Source: Planctomycetota bacterium
Lineage (GTDB): Bacteria; Planctomycetota; UBA11346
Assembly: GCA_038231435.1 (NCBI GenBank)
Contig: JBBRLJ010000036.1
Coordinates: 1 to 54,063 of the forward strand
Length of the DNA stretch: 54,063 bases
Direction of reading: 5' to 3'
Shown: positions 38,276 through 48,217 of the stretch, piece after piece
How the letters are laid out: the number at the start of each line of letters is the position of its first letter
How positions within the stretch are numbered: position 1 is the stretch's first letter
Notes under the pieces: generated by a model
Database searches by the model: none
What the model saw: only the letters and a program-made list of their open reading frames with translations
Told to the model about the DNA's origin: nothing
Program-made: the position numbers and the translations under genes

Positions 38276-39085
38276 CTAGCCAGGGCTTGACTTCCCGGCG
38301 TTTGTCGAGGCTGGGGCGCAAGCCAGCGCGGACCGCGCCGCCTGTGGAGGGTTCTGGGCCTCGCCCAGGGATGTCCGCGCGATCGGGAGGGCAGCCGCGC
38401 GATAGCGCAGGATGGTGCTGATGATCGCCCAACCGGCGCGGAAAACGGCGATGAAACGACCTGAAATCTTGCTCTGGCCAGCCGTGCGCGCGAGTGCCAT
38501 GACCGGGATCTCGACCACCCTCGCCTGGAGCCGGTAGGCTTTCACCTGCATTTCGGCGGTCCAGCCGAAGTCCGGGTCATGCATCCCCATGCGACTGAGG
38601 AGTTCGCTTGAGACGCAGCGGAATGGGCCTAGGTCGGTGACCCGGACGCCATAGAGGATCCGCATCAGGATAGCGGCGACCAGGTTGCCCGAGCGCTGAG
38701 GCCAACTCAGCGCGCCCGGTTCCGCGCCGCCGAGGGCGCGGCTGCCGATGACCAGATCGGCAGCGCCAGCGAGCACCGGCGAGACCACGTCTCCCAGCGA
38801 GCGCAGGTCATCCGCGCCATCGGCGTCGCAGAACACCACGGCGCGACAGCCCTCGGGCAGAACCGACAGCCCGGCGAGACACGCCGAGCCATAGCCACGA
38901 CGGGCGGCGGGGACCACCTTGGCTCCGGCGGCGCGCGCGACCGCAGCGGTCGCGTCGGTGCTGCCGTTGTCGGCCACGATGATCTGAGCCACGCCGAATT
39001 CGCGCAGTGCGCCGACCACGGCGCCGATGCTGCCTTCCTCGTCCAGGGCGGGGATGACCGCGCACAAGCCCGGGAAGGAGTTCAT
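38276..39085 (-). CDS. GT2 glycosyltransferase (DPM1-like)
   Basis: IPALDEE, DNGSTD, GYGSAC, DAD, VIGSR and TDLGPFR motifs. Confidence 0.9.
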   Translation of the reverse strand: MNSFPGLCAVIPALDEEGSIGAVVGALREFGVAQIIVADNGSTDATAAVARAAGAKVVPAARRGYGSACLAGLSVLPEGCRAVVFCDADGADDLRSLGDVVSPVLAGAADLVIGSRALGGAEPGALSWPQRSGNLVAAILMRILYGVRVTDLGPFRCVSSELLSRMGMHDPDFGWTAEMQVKAYRLQARVVEIPVMALARTAGQSKISGRFIAVFRAGWAIISTILRYRAAALPIARTSLGEAQNPPQAARSALACAPASTNAGKSSPG

Positions 39086-39245
39086 GGCGGGAGCGGGGTC
39101 CCGGGCCAAGCTCGCAACCACAGGGACCACCACGGGAGCAGACGCCGGAGCGCTCGTGATGGTCAGGCTCGGAGTAACGCTCGCGGTCATCCATCCGTAT
39201 GATATCCCCGCCCCCATCCCCTGCAAACCCAGCGAAGGCGAGCCC

Positions 39246-40148
39246 ATGCACACCCGTCGTTCCGCATCCACCGCCTGCTGGATCTGCGCGCTGCTGACGC
39301 TGTGCGCCGCCGTCGGCGCGCTGCGCGGCGAGGACATCGATACGCCGACCCTGGCGATCACCGACCAGGCCCCACCGCCCGATGCCGATGGCTTCCACCA
39401 TCCATTGGCTCTGGTCCTCGCGCGCGTGGTGAAGCCGGACGGGGTCGACTATGCCGCGCTCCGTGCCGACCACGGCGATCTCGACCGCTACCGGGTTTTG
39501 CTCGCGCGGACCTGGCTCCCGGATGACGCGAGCGCCAGGAAGGCGTTGTGGATCGATGCCTACAACGCCTGGACCCTGGCGCTGGTCGAACGCTCGCTGC
39601 CCCGGGATCAGACCAAGTGGCGGGACTGGAGCATCAAGGACCTCGGCTCGTTGACCAAGAACACCTGGAAGTCCTACACCTTCGAGCTCGCGCACGCGCG
39701 CTACACCCTCGACCAGGTCGAGAACGAGATCCTGCGGCCGATGAACGACCCACGCATCCACATGGCGATCAATTGCGCGTCGCGCAGCTGCCCGCCGATC
39801 GCCACGCTGCCCTACGTGCCCTCGGCCATCGACGCCCAGTTGGACGCCGCCGCTGGCGCCTTCGCGTCCAGCGACTACCACGCGCGCGTCGAGAAAAACG
39901 GCAAGTCGGTGCGCGTCAATCCCATCCTCGACTGGTACGCGAAGGATTTCGCCGTGGCAGGGGACGCACGCGCATTCCTGATCTCTCACATGGAGCCCGG
40001 AAAGACCAAGGACGCGCTCCAGGCCGGCGCGAAGATCGCCTTCTTCGACTACGATTGGAAACTGAACCTCGCGGGTCCATCCACCGAGGCTCCCACCACG
40101 GCTCCCCCGCCGGCTCCCGCACCCGATGGCGCAGAGAAACACCGATGA
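39246..40148 (+). CDS. DUF547 domain exported protein
   Basis: VDYAAL, WIDAYNA, DPRIHMAINCASRSCP, WYAKDF and YDWKLN motifs. Confidence 0.88.
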   Translation: MHTRRSASTACWICALLTLCAAVGALRGEDIDTPTLAITDQAPPPDADGFHHPLALVLARVVKPDGVDYAALRADHGDLDRYRVLLARTWLPDDASARKALWIDAYNAWTLALVERSLPRDQTKWRDWSIKDLGSLTKNTWKSYTFELAHARYTLDQVENEILRPMNDPRIHMAINCASRSCPPIATLPYVPSAIDAQLDAAAGAFASSDYHARVEKNGKSVRVNPILDWYAKDFAVAGDARAFLISHMEPGKTKDALQAGAKIAFFDYDWKLNLAGPSTEAPTTAPPPAPAPDGAEKHR

Positions 40149-41125
40149 GATTCGCGATCGTGCTGCTGGCCTCGATGATGATGTCCGTGGTTTCAGCCGA
40201 GGTCGTGGCACCGCCCGCGCCGCTCCCTCCACCCGGTGCTGGTCCGCTCGGCGGCGGCGGGATGCGCGTCGCGAACGGCTTCCTCGCCGATCCCCTGTGG
40301 GACGACGGCCTGGCCGAGGTCAGCCACTTCGAGCTCTCCCAGTTCCGCTATGGGCGCATCCACCAGGGTGGCCACGCCACGCTCATCGTGGTGCGCGAAG
40401 CCATGGATCCGGCGCGTGCCGTGAAGGCCGGGCGTGGCGTCGAGGGTGGCATTCCGGTGCTGAAGAGCCATCTGGTGAAGTCCTTCCAGACTGGCGTCTA
40501 CCGCTACGAACAGGCCTCGACGGTGCTGCTCGCGCGTGCCGATGGCGTGCCGCTGCGGCTGCTGATCTCGAGCCACGAGTGGTGTGGATCCGCGGGGAAG
40601 AGCTGGGTCAACAACGGCGCCGGATCGATGCTGCGGGTGATGAGCTATTTCGACGGCCATGGCGACCTCGAGCAGCCGTGCGAGCTGCCGGCCGACGGCG
40701 TGCTCGAGGATGCGCTGTGGACCTGGCTGCGGCAGTTCGATTGGTCGGAAGGAGCCGAATCCGTCCCGCTGGCGAGCTTCCAGCTGGTACCCAGTCAACT
40801 CGAGGCGCGGACGGTGTCCACGGCTCCGATCGCGGTAGTGGTGGCTCAGCGGAAGAACCTCCAGGCCACCGTTCCCGCTGGGAGCTTCGCTGCCGTGGAG
40901 GTGACACTGACCGCGCGCGATGCGCCCCCAGCGGGCGATACAGTCTTCCGCCCGCGCGACGGTGCCCTGCGCTGGCGCTTCACCTTCGAACGCGCGATGC
41001 CCCGCCGCCTGCTGCGCTTCGTCGACGGCAGCGGCACCGAGCTGGCCCTGCGCTCGGTGTCGCGCACCGACTACTGGAACCACCACCTCCCCGAGGATGC
41101 ACCCCCGAGCGAGCCCCACCGCTGA
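40145..41125 (+). CDS. Exported hypothetical protein, translationally coupled to DUF547
   Basis: ATGA overlap; signal peptide; WDDGLAE..QFRYG, TGVYRY, EWCG, SYF and YW motifs. Confidence 0.75.
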   Translation: MRFAIVLLASMMMSVVSAEVVAPPAPLPPPGAGPLGGGGMRVANGFLADPLWDDGLAEVSHFELSQFRYGRIHQGGHATLIVVREAMDPARAVKAGRGVEGGIPVLKSHLVKSFQTGVYRYEQASTVLLARADGVPLRLLISSHEWCGSAGKSWVNNGAGSMLRVMSYFDGHGDLEQPCELPADGVLEDALWTWLRQFDWSEGAESVPLASFQLVPSQLEARTVSTAPIAVVVAQRKNLQATVPAGSFAAVEVTLTARDAPPAGDTVFRPRDGALRWRFTFERAMPRRLLRFVDGSGTELALRSVSRTDYWNHHLPEDAPPSEPHR

Positions 41126-41236
41126 CGCTCCGAATGGCCCATTCCGCCTTCCCTCCGTGAATCCGCTCTCCGGTGGAACGATCGGCGCACCGACTACGGG
41201 GTTGTGCCCAGATGGTGCGGTTGTAACGTCGTCGCC

Positions 41237-41839
41237 ATGACCGAAGCCAAGCAGAAATTCGCCAATTTTCCCGAGCGCGAGTTCAAGGTCGTGATCGGCC
41301 CGAACATCAATGCCGGCACCACGAAGACGCTGACGCGCATGAGCATCGGCACCTACGAGATGACCTTCACCCAGCAAGAGAAGGGCACCGCCACCGCGGA
41401 GTGCGCCCGCCTCGCGCTGAACCATCTCGGGCGCGCGCTCGGCCTCGCGGTCACCTCCGAGCCCAACCGCGACTACATCTGCAGCTACGTCGCGCAGAGT
41501 CCCGAGCACAAGTTCAACATCTGGGTGACCACCCCGTTCGAGCCGACTCAGGCCGGACACATCGTGTGGGCGAAGTACACCGAGATCGCCGGCGAGGGCA
41601 AAGTCGGCGTCGCCTTCAAGCTCTCCACCGGATACACCGTCGACGACATCGCCGCGGTGCTCAAGGCCGCCCAGAAGGCCGCCGTGAAGCTCGAGGCCGG
41701 CGAACCGTTCATGTTGAAGGGCAACCCCCCGCCCCGCTTCGCCAAGAAGGCCAAGCCGGCTGACGGTGCCGTAGCTGAAGGTGCGGCGTCCGAGTCCCCC
41801 GCAGCTGGCGCGCCCGAGACCGCCAACAAGACGACCTGA
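41237..41839 (+). CDS. Hypothetical protein
   Basis: 200-aa ORF with strong host codon bias; no motif recognised. Confidence 0.75.
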   Translation: MTEAKQKFANFPEREFKVVIGPNINAGTTKTLTRMSIGTYEMTFTQQEKGTATAECARLALNHLGRALGLAVTSEPNRDYICSYVAQSPEHKFNIWVTTPFEPTQAGHIVWAKYTEIAGEGKVGVAFKLSTGYTVDDIAAVLKAAQKAAVKLEAGEPFMLKGNPPPRFAKKAKPADGAVAEGAASESPAAGAPETANKTT

Positions 41840-41849
41840 CCGGCCCCGG

Positions 41850-42875
41850 ATGGAGGCCACGACGCGCATCGGCGTCATGGGCTGCGGACAGGTAGCGTCC
41901 TACGGCCACTTGCCCGCCATCGCCCGTACGCCAGGCCTGGTGCTCGCGTCGGTGTTCGATCCCGATCCATCGCGCCTCGCCCAGACCACCTCGACGTACG
42001 CGTCCACCCGAGCCTTCGGCGACGCCGAGGCCTTCATGCGCTCGGGCATCGACGCAGTGGTCATCACCTCGCCTGCGCCTTTCCACCGCGCGAATTGCGA
42101 ACTCGCCGCGCGCCATGGCAAGCCGGTGTTGTGCGAGAAGCCGCTGGCGATGGACGAGGCCGACAGCGCCGCGATGGTCGCGATCATGCGCGCCGCCGGC
42201 CTGCCGCTGTACGTCGGCTTCACCTACCGATTCGCCGGTCCGGCGCTCGAGATCAAGCGCCTGCTCAGCGCCGGAGCCATCGGCCGGGTGCGCTCGCTAC
42301 GCCTGGCGTACATCTGGGATTGCCACGGCAAGTTCGCACCGCGCGAACCGATCGGGCCTGGCGCGAAGCTGAACGAACGCCGCGCCGGCCGCATGCTCGA
42401 AGGCGGGCCGATGGTCGATTGCGGCGTCCATCAGATCGATCTGGCGCGCTGGTGGCTCGGCTCGGAGGTGCGCCGTCACGTCGGCGTGGGCGCGTGGGTC
42501 GACGACTACGACGCGCCGGATCACATGTACCTCCACCTCGACCACGCCGATGGCGCCCACACCATGGTTGAGATCAGCTACAGCTACGGCCATGTCCTGC
42601 CCGCAGGCCATCCTCACTTCGTCTACGAGCTGATCGGCGACCAGGGCATGATCCGCTACGACCGCGAGGATGAATCCTTCGAGCTGCTGCAGCCAGGCGG
42701 CACCACCACCCTGCCCTGGGACCACGAGAAGAATTTCGACGGCATGTACCAGGAATTCGCGCGCGCCCTGCGCACCGGCCAGTCGGGAAACTTGCCCACC
42801 GGTGACGACGGCATCGCCGCGACCCGCATCGCCCGCGAAGCCACCGAGGCCGCAATCCGCAATCGCTTGGGGTGA
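41850..42875 (+). CDS. Gfo/Idh/MocA-family oxidoreductase
   Basis: GCGQVA Rossmann motif, CEKP, DCGVHQID. Confidence 0.92.
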   Translation: MEATTRIGVMGCGQVASYGHLPAIARTPGLVLASVFDPDPSRLAQTTSTYASTRAFGDAEAFMRSGIDAVVITSPAPFHRANCELAARHGKPVLCEKPLAMDEADSAAMVAIMRAAGLPLYVGFTYRFAGPALEIKRLLSAGAIGRVRSLRLAYIWDCHGKFAPREPIGPGAKLNERRAGRMLEGGPMVDCGVHQIDLARWWLGSEVRRHVGVGAWVDDYDAPDHMYLHLDHADGAHTMVEISYSYGHVLPAGHPHFVYELIGDQGMIRYDREDESFELLQPGGTTTLPWDHEKNFDGMYQEFARALRTGQSGNLPTGDDGIAATRIAREATEAAIRNRLG

Positions 42876-43056
42876 AGAGGCTCGTGGGAGTGGAGAGTTC
42901 GGAACAGATCCGAGCAGAGCGGGAGTCGAAGCCTGAGAGATCAGGTGCCGCGGCCAGCGTTCACCCAAAGGCCCTTGACGATCTGCCGAATCGATCGTCT
43001 ACGAGGATTCCACCGCAGTCGCTCCAGTGCCCACCCTCGCCAGATCGTCCGGCGAA

Positions 43057-43863
43057 TCAGGACTCCAGATTGCGCAGGTAGAAGATCTCCTGGATCTCGT
43101 CCGACAGCCGGCGCCGCACCTTCTCGCGCTCGCCCTTCGACGGGATCCGCTCCTTCGCGGTGCCGCCGAAGACGTAATGGTCGAGATCGATCTCCTTGCG
43201 CATCAACTTGGTGTTGAACAGGGTTTCCTGGTAGTTGTTCACGTCGACCGCGTGGTAGTCCTGCATGATCTCGCGCGAGATGAAGTTCTGGATCGAGGTG
43301 ATCGAATGGTCGATGTAGTGCTTGGTGCCTTCGACGTCGCGGGTGAACCCGCGCACGCGGTAGTCGAGGCTGATGACGTCGGCATCGAAGCTGTGGATCA
43401 GGTAGTTCAACGCGCGTAGGGGCGAGATCTTGCCGCAGGTGGAGACGTCGATGTCGGCGCGGAACGAAGCGATGCCATTGTACGGATGCGCCTCGGGATA
43501 GGTATGCACGCAGATGTGGCTCTTGTCGAGATGGGCAACCACCGCCTCGGGCACCGGACCCGGAGACTCCGGATTCTCGGGCTCCTTCTCGATCGGCATC
43601 TCGCTGATCAGCATGGTCACGCTGGCACCCTGGGGATCGTAGTCTTGGCGGGCGATGTTGAGGATGTTCGCGCCGATGATGCGCGTCACTTCCGACAGGA
43701 TCGCGGTGAGGCGCGCGGCGTTGTACTCCTCGTCGATATACGCGAGGTATTCCTTGCGCTCCGAGCTGTTCCGCGCGTAGCAGACGTCGTACAGGTTGAA
43801 GCTGAGGGATTTGGTGAGGTTGTTGAAGCCCTCGAGCTTCAGTTTCTTGAACCGGTTGCGCAT
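43057..43863 (-). CDS. speD: S-adenosylmethionine decarboxylase proenzyme (E. coli-type)
   Basis: [16 protein letters not shown] and [14 protein letters not shown] (self-cleavage site); start could be further upstream. Confidence 0.95.
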   Translation of the reverse strand: MRNRFKKLKLEGFNNLTKSLSFNLYDVCYARNSSERKEYLAYIDEEYNAARLTAILSEVTRIIGANILNIARQDYDPQGASVTMLISEMPIEKEPENPESPGPVPEAVVAHLDKSHICVHTYPEAHPYNGIASFRADIDVSTCGKISPLRALNYLIHSFDADVISLDYRVRGFTRDVEGTKHYIDHSITSIQNFISREIMQDYHAVDVNNYQETLFNTKLMRKEIDLDHYVFGGTAKERIPSKGEREKVRRRLSDEIQEIFYLRNLES

Positions 43864-44188
43864 CGGCCTGTTGACCCCAATTGCTGTAGTTGGCGTGACC
43901 GTCGCCGTGAGTGTCGCTGGTGCTGTTGCTTTGGCGGCGTTGATCACGGCGGAGGGCCTATTAAATCGCCTTCCGTCCGAGGGCAAGGCAGGGTCTCGAC
44001 GCAACCGTGGACCCGGGCCTCCATTCGCGTTTCGACCGCTGCTGGACCGCTGCTGGACAACACCCACTTCGGGCGAGGATCCCTGTCGCCATGGCCGAAA
44101 CCGTCTCATCCGCAGCCCGACCGAGCGGCGATCGAGCCCACGCAGGCGTCGGCGCCGGTCCCTGCCGGCGCGTCCGGAGGCCGCCGGG

Positions 44189-45334
44189 ATGAGCGCCAAC
44201 ACCTTCGGGCACGCCTTCCGCGTCACCAGCTTCGGCGAGAGCCACGGGCCGGCAGTCGGCTGCGTCGTCGACGGCTGCCCCCCCGGCCATCCGCTCGACC
44301 TGGCCGGAATCCAGGCCGCGCTCGCCCGCCGCCGCCCCGGCCAGAGCGCGCTGGTCACTCCGCGCAACGAGGAGGACCGCGTCGAGGCCCTGTCCGGGCT
44401 CGACGCCGACAGCGGCGCAACGCTCGGTACGCCGATCTGCCTGCTGGTGCGCAACCAGGATGCGCGCTCGGCCTCCTACGACGACTGGCACCACATATAC
44501 CGGCCGAGCCATGCGGATTTCGGCTACGATGCCAAGTTCGGCATCAGGGCCTGGCAGGGCGGCGGCCGCTCGTCGGCGCGCGAAACCGTCGCGCGCGTTG
44601 CCGCCGGAGCCCTCGCGGAGCAACTGCTCGTCGCGCGCTTCCCGGACCTGCGCATCCGTGCCTGGGTCGAACGCGTGCATCGCATTGACGCGCGCCCGCT
44701 CATCGATGCCGACACCGTGACCAGGGCGGGGGTGGACGCGCACCCCACGCGCTGCCCGCATGCCGCGACCGCCATCGAGATGGAGCGCGCCATCCTCGAG
44801 GCCAAGAAGCGCGGCGACAGCCTCGGCGGCTATCTACGGCTCTACGTCACCGGCGTCCCGCCCGGACTGGGCGAGCCGGTGTTCGACAAGCTCGATGCCC
44901 TGCTCGCGCAGGCATGCCTGAGCCTCCCGGCCTGCAAGGGCGTCGAATTCGGATCCGGGTTTGCCGGACCCGAGCTGACCGGCCTCGAGCACAACGATCA
45001 CTACGCCTGGGAGCCGGGAGGCGCCCACAGCCGCATGACCACCGCCACCAACCGCTCGGGCGGAATCCAGGGCGGCATCTCCAACGGCATGCCGATCGAT
45101 CTGCGCCTGGTGTTCAAGCCCACGGCGACGGTGCTCAAGCCGCAGCCGAGCGCCGACGACGCCGGCAACAACGTGGAACTGCAGGCGAAGGGTCGCCACG
45201 ATCCCTGCGTGCTGCCGCGCGCGGTGCCGATCGTCGAGGCCATGGCCGCCCTGGTGTTGGTCGATTGCTGGCTGCGCCAGCGCGGCCAGGTCGGCGACCC
45301 GTGGGCCGGGCTCGCGGGTCCGCTGCGCCAGTAG
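44189..45334 (+). CDS. aroC: Chorismate synthase
   Basis: [31 protein letters not shown] and GRHDPC motifs. Confidence 0.97.
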   Translation: MSANTFGHAFRVTSFGESHGPAVGCVVDGCPPGHPLDLAGIQAALARRRPGQSALVTPRNEEDRVEALSGLDADSGATLGTPICLLVRNQDARSASYDDWHHIYRPSHADFGYDAKFGIRAWQGGGRSSARETVARVAAGALAEQLLVARFPDLRIRAWVERVHRIDARPLIDADTVTRAGVDAHPTRCPHAATAIEMERAILEAKKRGDSLGGYLRLYVTGVPPGLGEPVFDKLDALLAQACLSLPACKGVEFGSGFAGPELTGLEHNDHYAWEPGGAHSRMTTATNRSGGIQGGISNGMPIDLRLVFKPTATVLKPQPSADDAGNNVELQAKGRHDPCVLPRAVPIVEAMAALVLVDCWLRQRGQVGDPWAGLAGPLRQ

Positions 45335-45471
45335 ACCGCCAGCGCAGCCGGCAGGCCGCCGCCGTCCAACTGCCGAGACAGGGATAGGTTCAGCGCTTTT
45401 TCGCTCAGGATGTCCCTCGGACTCCTGAACCGCGGTCCGTGGGACGCGTTCGTCCAAGCGGAGACACCGCC

Positions 45472-46143
45472 ATGGAAGATCCCTCGGATCGACTCGACAA
45501 CGGCAAGCTCGATCTCGTGCCGATGATCGACTGCATCATGCTGCTGCTGCTGTTCTTCATCCTGACCACGAAGTTCACGGACGAAGAGAAGGGCCTGGCG
45601 GCGATCCTCTCCGACAAGGGTCAGGCCGGTCATCCGATCGCGGAATTGAAGCCGCCCATCACTATCGTCGCCTATCCCGCCGGCATGCAGCGGGGCCTAC
45701 AGCCCTCGGCCTACGCGGCGGCCTGGGCCGAGGTGTCGGCGAACGGTGGGATACCGGCGCGGGTGGAGCTGCGTGTCGGGCATTCCGATCCCCTGCTCAT
45801 CGATGGAGAGGCCTTGGCCGCCAAGGGCCCCGCGACGGCGGTGCTGATGAAGACCATCAACGACTACATCTCCGGCGAACTCGAGCGCTACGAACTCGCC
45901 GACGTCGCCCGCAAGGACCTGCCCGAGGTCGACGTGCACTGCTTCTCGGGTCTGCCCTGGAAATATGCGGCGGTCGTCTACGACGCGGTGCGCGGCTTCG
46001 AATACGCCAAGCGCGGCGTCACCTCGCAGGTGGACATCGCAGAACTCCTCGCCGAACGCGCGATCAGCTTCGCACCCCCGCGCGTGCGCGACAGCAGCCA
46101 CGAGTTGGGCAACGAACTGTTCGAGATCGTCAATCTCCGCTGA
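45472..46143 (+). CDS. ExbD/TolR-like membrane protein
   Basis: LDLVPMIDCIMLLLLFFILT TM motif retaining the conserved Asp. Confidence 0.75.
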   Translation: MEDPSDRLDNGKLDLVPMIDCIMLLLLFFILTTKFTDEEKGLAAILSDKGQAGHPIAELKPPITIVAYPAGMQRGLQPSAYAAAWAEVSANGGIPARVELRVGHSDPLLIDGEALAAKGPATAVLMKTINDYISGELERYELADVARKDLPEVDVHCFSGLPWKYAAVVYDAVRGFEYAKRGVTSQVDIAELLAERAISFAPPRVRDSSHELGNELFEIVNLR

Positions 46144-46177
46144 TCGGCCGCCCGCGAGGAGCAGCTCCGACAGGGAT

Positions 46178-47005
46178 TCAGGGGGCTTCGGCCTGATCGT
46201 GATGTGGGGACTTCGCGTATTCCTCCATCGCCTTGGGCAGCAGCTCCTCGAGCGCGGCGACACGGTTCTCGTGCGAGGGATGGTCCGATGCGAACTCGGA
46301 CGGCTGATGTCCGACAGAGGCCTTCTCCATGCGTTTCCAGAATTCCACGGCCTCGTGCGGATCGTATCCCGCGCGGGCCATGTAGATGAGCCCCACGTGG
46401 TCGGCTTCGCTCTCGTGCTTGCGGCTGAAAGGCAGCGCGACGCCATATTGGGCGCCGGCTCCGAGCAGCCCCATGAGCATCTGCTGGTGCTGGTAGTCCA
46501 TGCCGCCGATCGATCCCTGCACGCCCATCATCGCGGTCTGCATGGCGTTCTGCTCGAACACGCGCTGCGCGCCGTGGCGCGAGGTCGCGTGGGCCATCTC
46601 ATGGCCCAGCACCGTCGCCAGGCCCGCATCGCTCTCGGTCAGCGGCAGGATGCCGGTGTAGACGCAGATCTTGCCGCCGGGCAGGCAGAAGGCGTTCTGC
46701 TGGTCGGACTTGATCACCGAGACCTCCCAGTCGAATGATTTGCCGGCATCCCCGACCACCGCCACCAGGCGCTTCGCCACGCGCACCACCTGGTCGACCT
46801 GGGGACCTGACTTCACCACCTCTGATTGGCCGAGCACCTGCTGGTAGCCCTGCAGGCCCAGCGCGGATTCCTGCTCGAGCGACAGGCCGACGTGCGCGAC
46901 TCGGCCGGTCTCGGGATTGGTGAAGCGCTCCGAACTCGCGAACTGGTACAGCAGGACGATGGCCGCGATGGCCACCGGAATCAGACGGAACAGGTATCGG
47001 CGCAT
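46178..47005 (-). CDS. M48-family metallopeptidase
   Basis: NAFCLPGG, HEMAH zinc motif, ESEAD, SDHP. Confidence 0.93.
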   Translation of the reverse strand: MRRYLFRLIPVAIAAIVLLYQFASSERFTNPETGRVAHVGLSLEQESALGLQGYQQVLGQSEVVKSGPQVDQVVRVAKRLVAVVGDAGKSFDWEVSVIKSDQQNAFCLPGGKICVYTGILPLTESDAGLATVLGHEMAHATSRHGAQRVFEQNAMQTAMMGVQGSIGGMDYQHQQMLMGLLGAGAQYGVALPFSRKHESEADHVGLIYMARAGYDPHEAVEFWKRMEKASVGHQPSEFASDHPSHENRVAALEELLPKAMEEYAKSPHHDQAEAP

Positions 47006-47132
47006 GGTGCCCCCGCTGCAGCCTTACCGGCCGGCGAGCTCCACGACAAGGGCAAGCAGCCGGATGATCGACGTTGGGCGCTGGCCGGCCCGAGGCTGAC
47101 CGCCGGCGACGATGGGAGCCGTCGGGCAGAGC

Positions 47133-47843
47133 CTACTTCTTCGGCTCCGGCGACGGCTTGGAATCGGGCTTCTTGGTCTCCGCCGGAGGCATCTTCTCGG
47201 CCGGCACGTCGATGGTCTTGCCGTCATCGGTCTTGACGGTCACCGTGGTCGGCGTGCGCATCACCACCTTGCCATAGATCACGGTGCCATCGGTCAGGGT
47301 GATGGCGCTCGCGGCGCGCGCCTTGTCGCGCTTGGCGATGAACTCCTTCGCCACGCTGGAGGCGACCTCCTTGCTCCCTTGGCACATGGTGCACGGCACC
47401 AGGGCGGTACCCTTGCATACCGCGCAGGTGCTGACCCCGGTGCCTTTGCAGTCGGGACAGACACCCTTGTCGCGCGGCACGCCCCCGGCGTCGTTCTCGA
47501 TCAGGTGGCCCATGTTCTTCTGCGGGAACGTCACGAACGTGCTCTTGTCGGCGGTGTAGACTTTCACCCACATCTCGGCCTCCGGATGGCCATCGACCTT
47601 CATGCGCTCCCAGGCTTCGCTCTTCTTCAGGCAGGTGCGCGCGCACGGGGCCTTGCCCTTACGGCATCCCGTCACCGCGCATTTCATCTCACCGGTGGCA
47701 TCGCACTGCGGGCACGGGACCATCGCCTCTGGCACCGGCTTGGTCTCCCCGCCTCCGGCGCCGGCCTCCCCCGCGAGCAGACTCGCACCGAACATCCACG
47801 CCAGCACGGCCAGCCGCAGCACCGACATCGCATAGGTCTTCAT
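47133..47843 (-). CDS. Exported Cys-rich protein with DnaJ-like CxxCxGxG repeats
   Basis: Signal peptide; CPQC, CPDCKGTG, CAVCKGT and CTMCQGS; small beta C-terminal domain. Confidence 0.7.
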   Translation of the reverse strand: MKTYAMSVLRLAVLAWMFGASLLAGEAGAGGGETKPVPEAMVPCPQCDATGEMKCAVTGCRKGKAPCARTCLKKSEAWERMKVDGHPEAEMWVKVYTADKSTFVTFPQKNMGHLIENDAGGVPRDKGVCPDCKGTGVSTCAVCKGTALVPCTMCQGSKEVASSVAKEFIAKRDKARAASAITLTDGTVIYGKVVMRTPTTVTVKTDDGKTIDVPAEKMPPAETKKPDSKPSPEPKK

Positions 47844-48004
47844 GCCCGATGGTACACCCGTCGCGGCCCGCCGGTCAAGAGGACCCCTCATTCCCCACCC
47901 CAGTCCATGAGACGCCATCGGGATCGAGGACACGACGATGACCAAAGCATGCGCGCCGCATGCAGGCAGGCGTGGTCTCCTCAGGCCATCCCTGATCCCT
48001 ATCT

Positions 48005-48105
48005 CCCAGGGGCAGCGCGGAGCGCGATGTTGGGGGGATTGCGTAGCGATCTCGGATGCCCTTTGGGGCATCCGCTGCCCGAAGGGCGTAGCCCCTCAAC
48101 CGAAC
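48005..48105 (-). repeat. Family A repeat, long form
   Basis: Minus strand GTTGAGGGGCTACG ... GGATGCCCCAAAGGGCATCC ... CCCCCCAACATCGCGCTCCGCGCTGCCCC. Confidence 0.85.
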
Positions 48106-48217
48106 AATCGCGAGGACCGTTATCAGCCTCGATGCCAAGGCGGCGACGACACCGCGTAGCAGCGCTACGCTAGGAGGAGCCAACGCCGGCATCGCGACCG
48201 AGAACGGCCGCAGCCTT

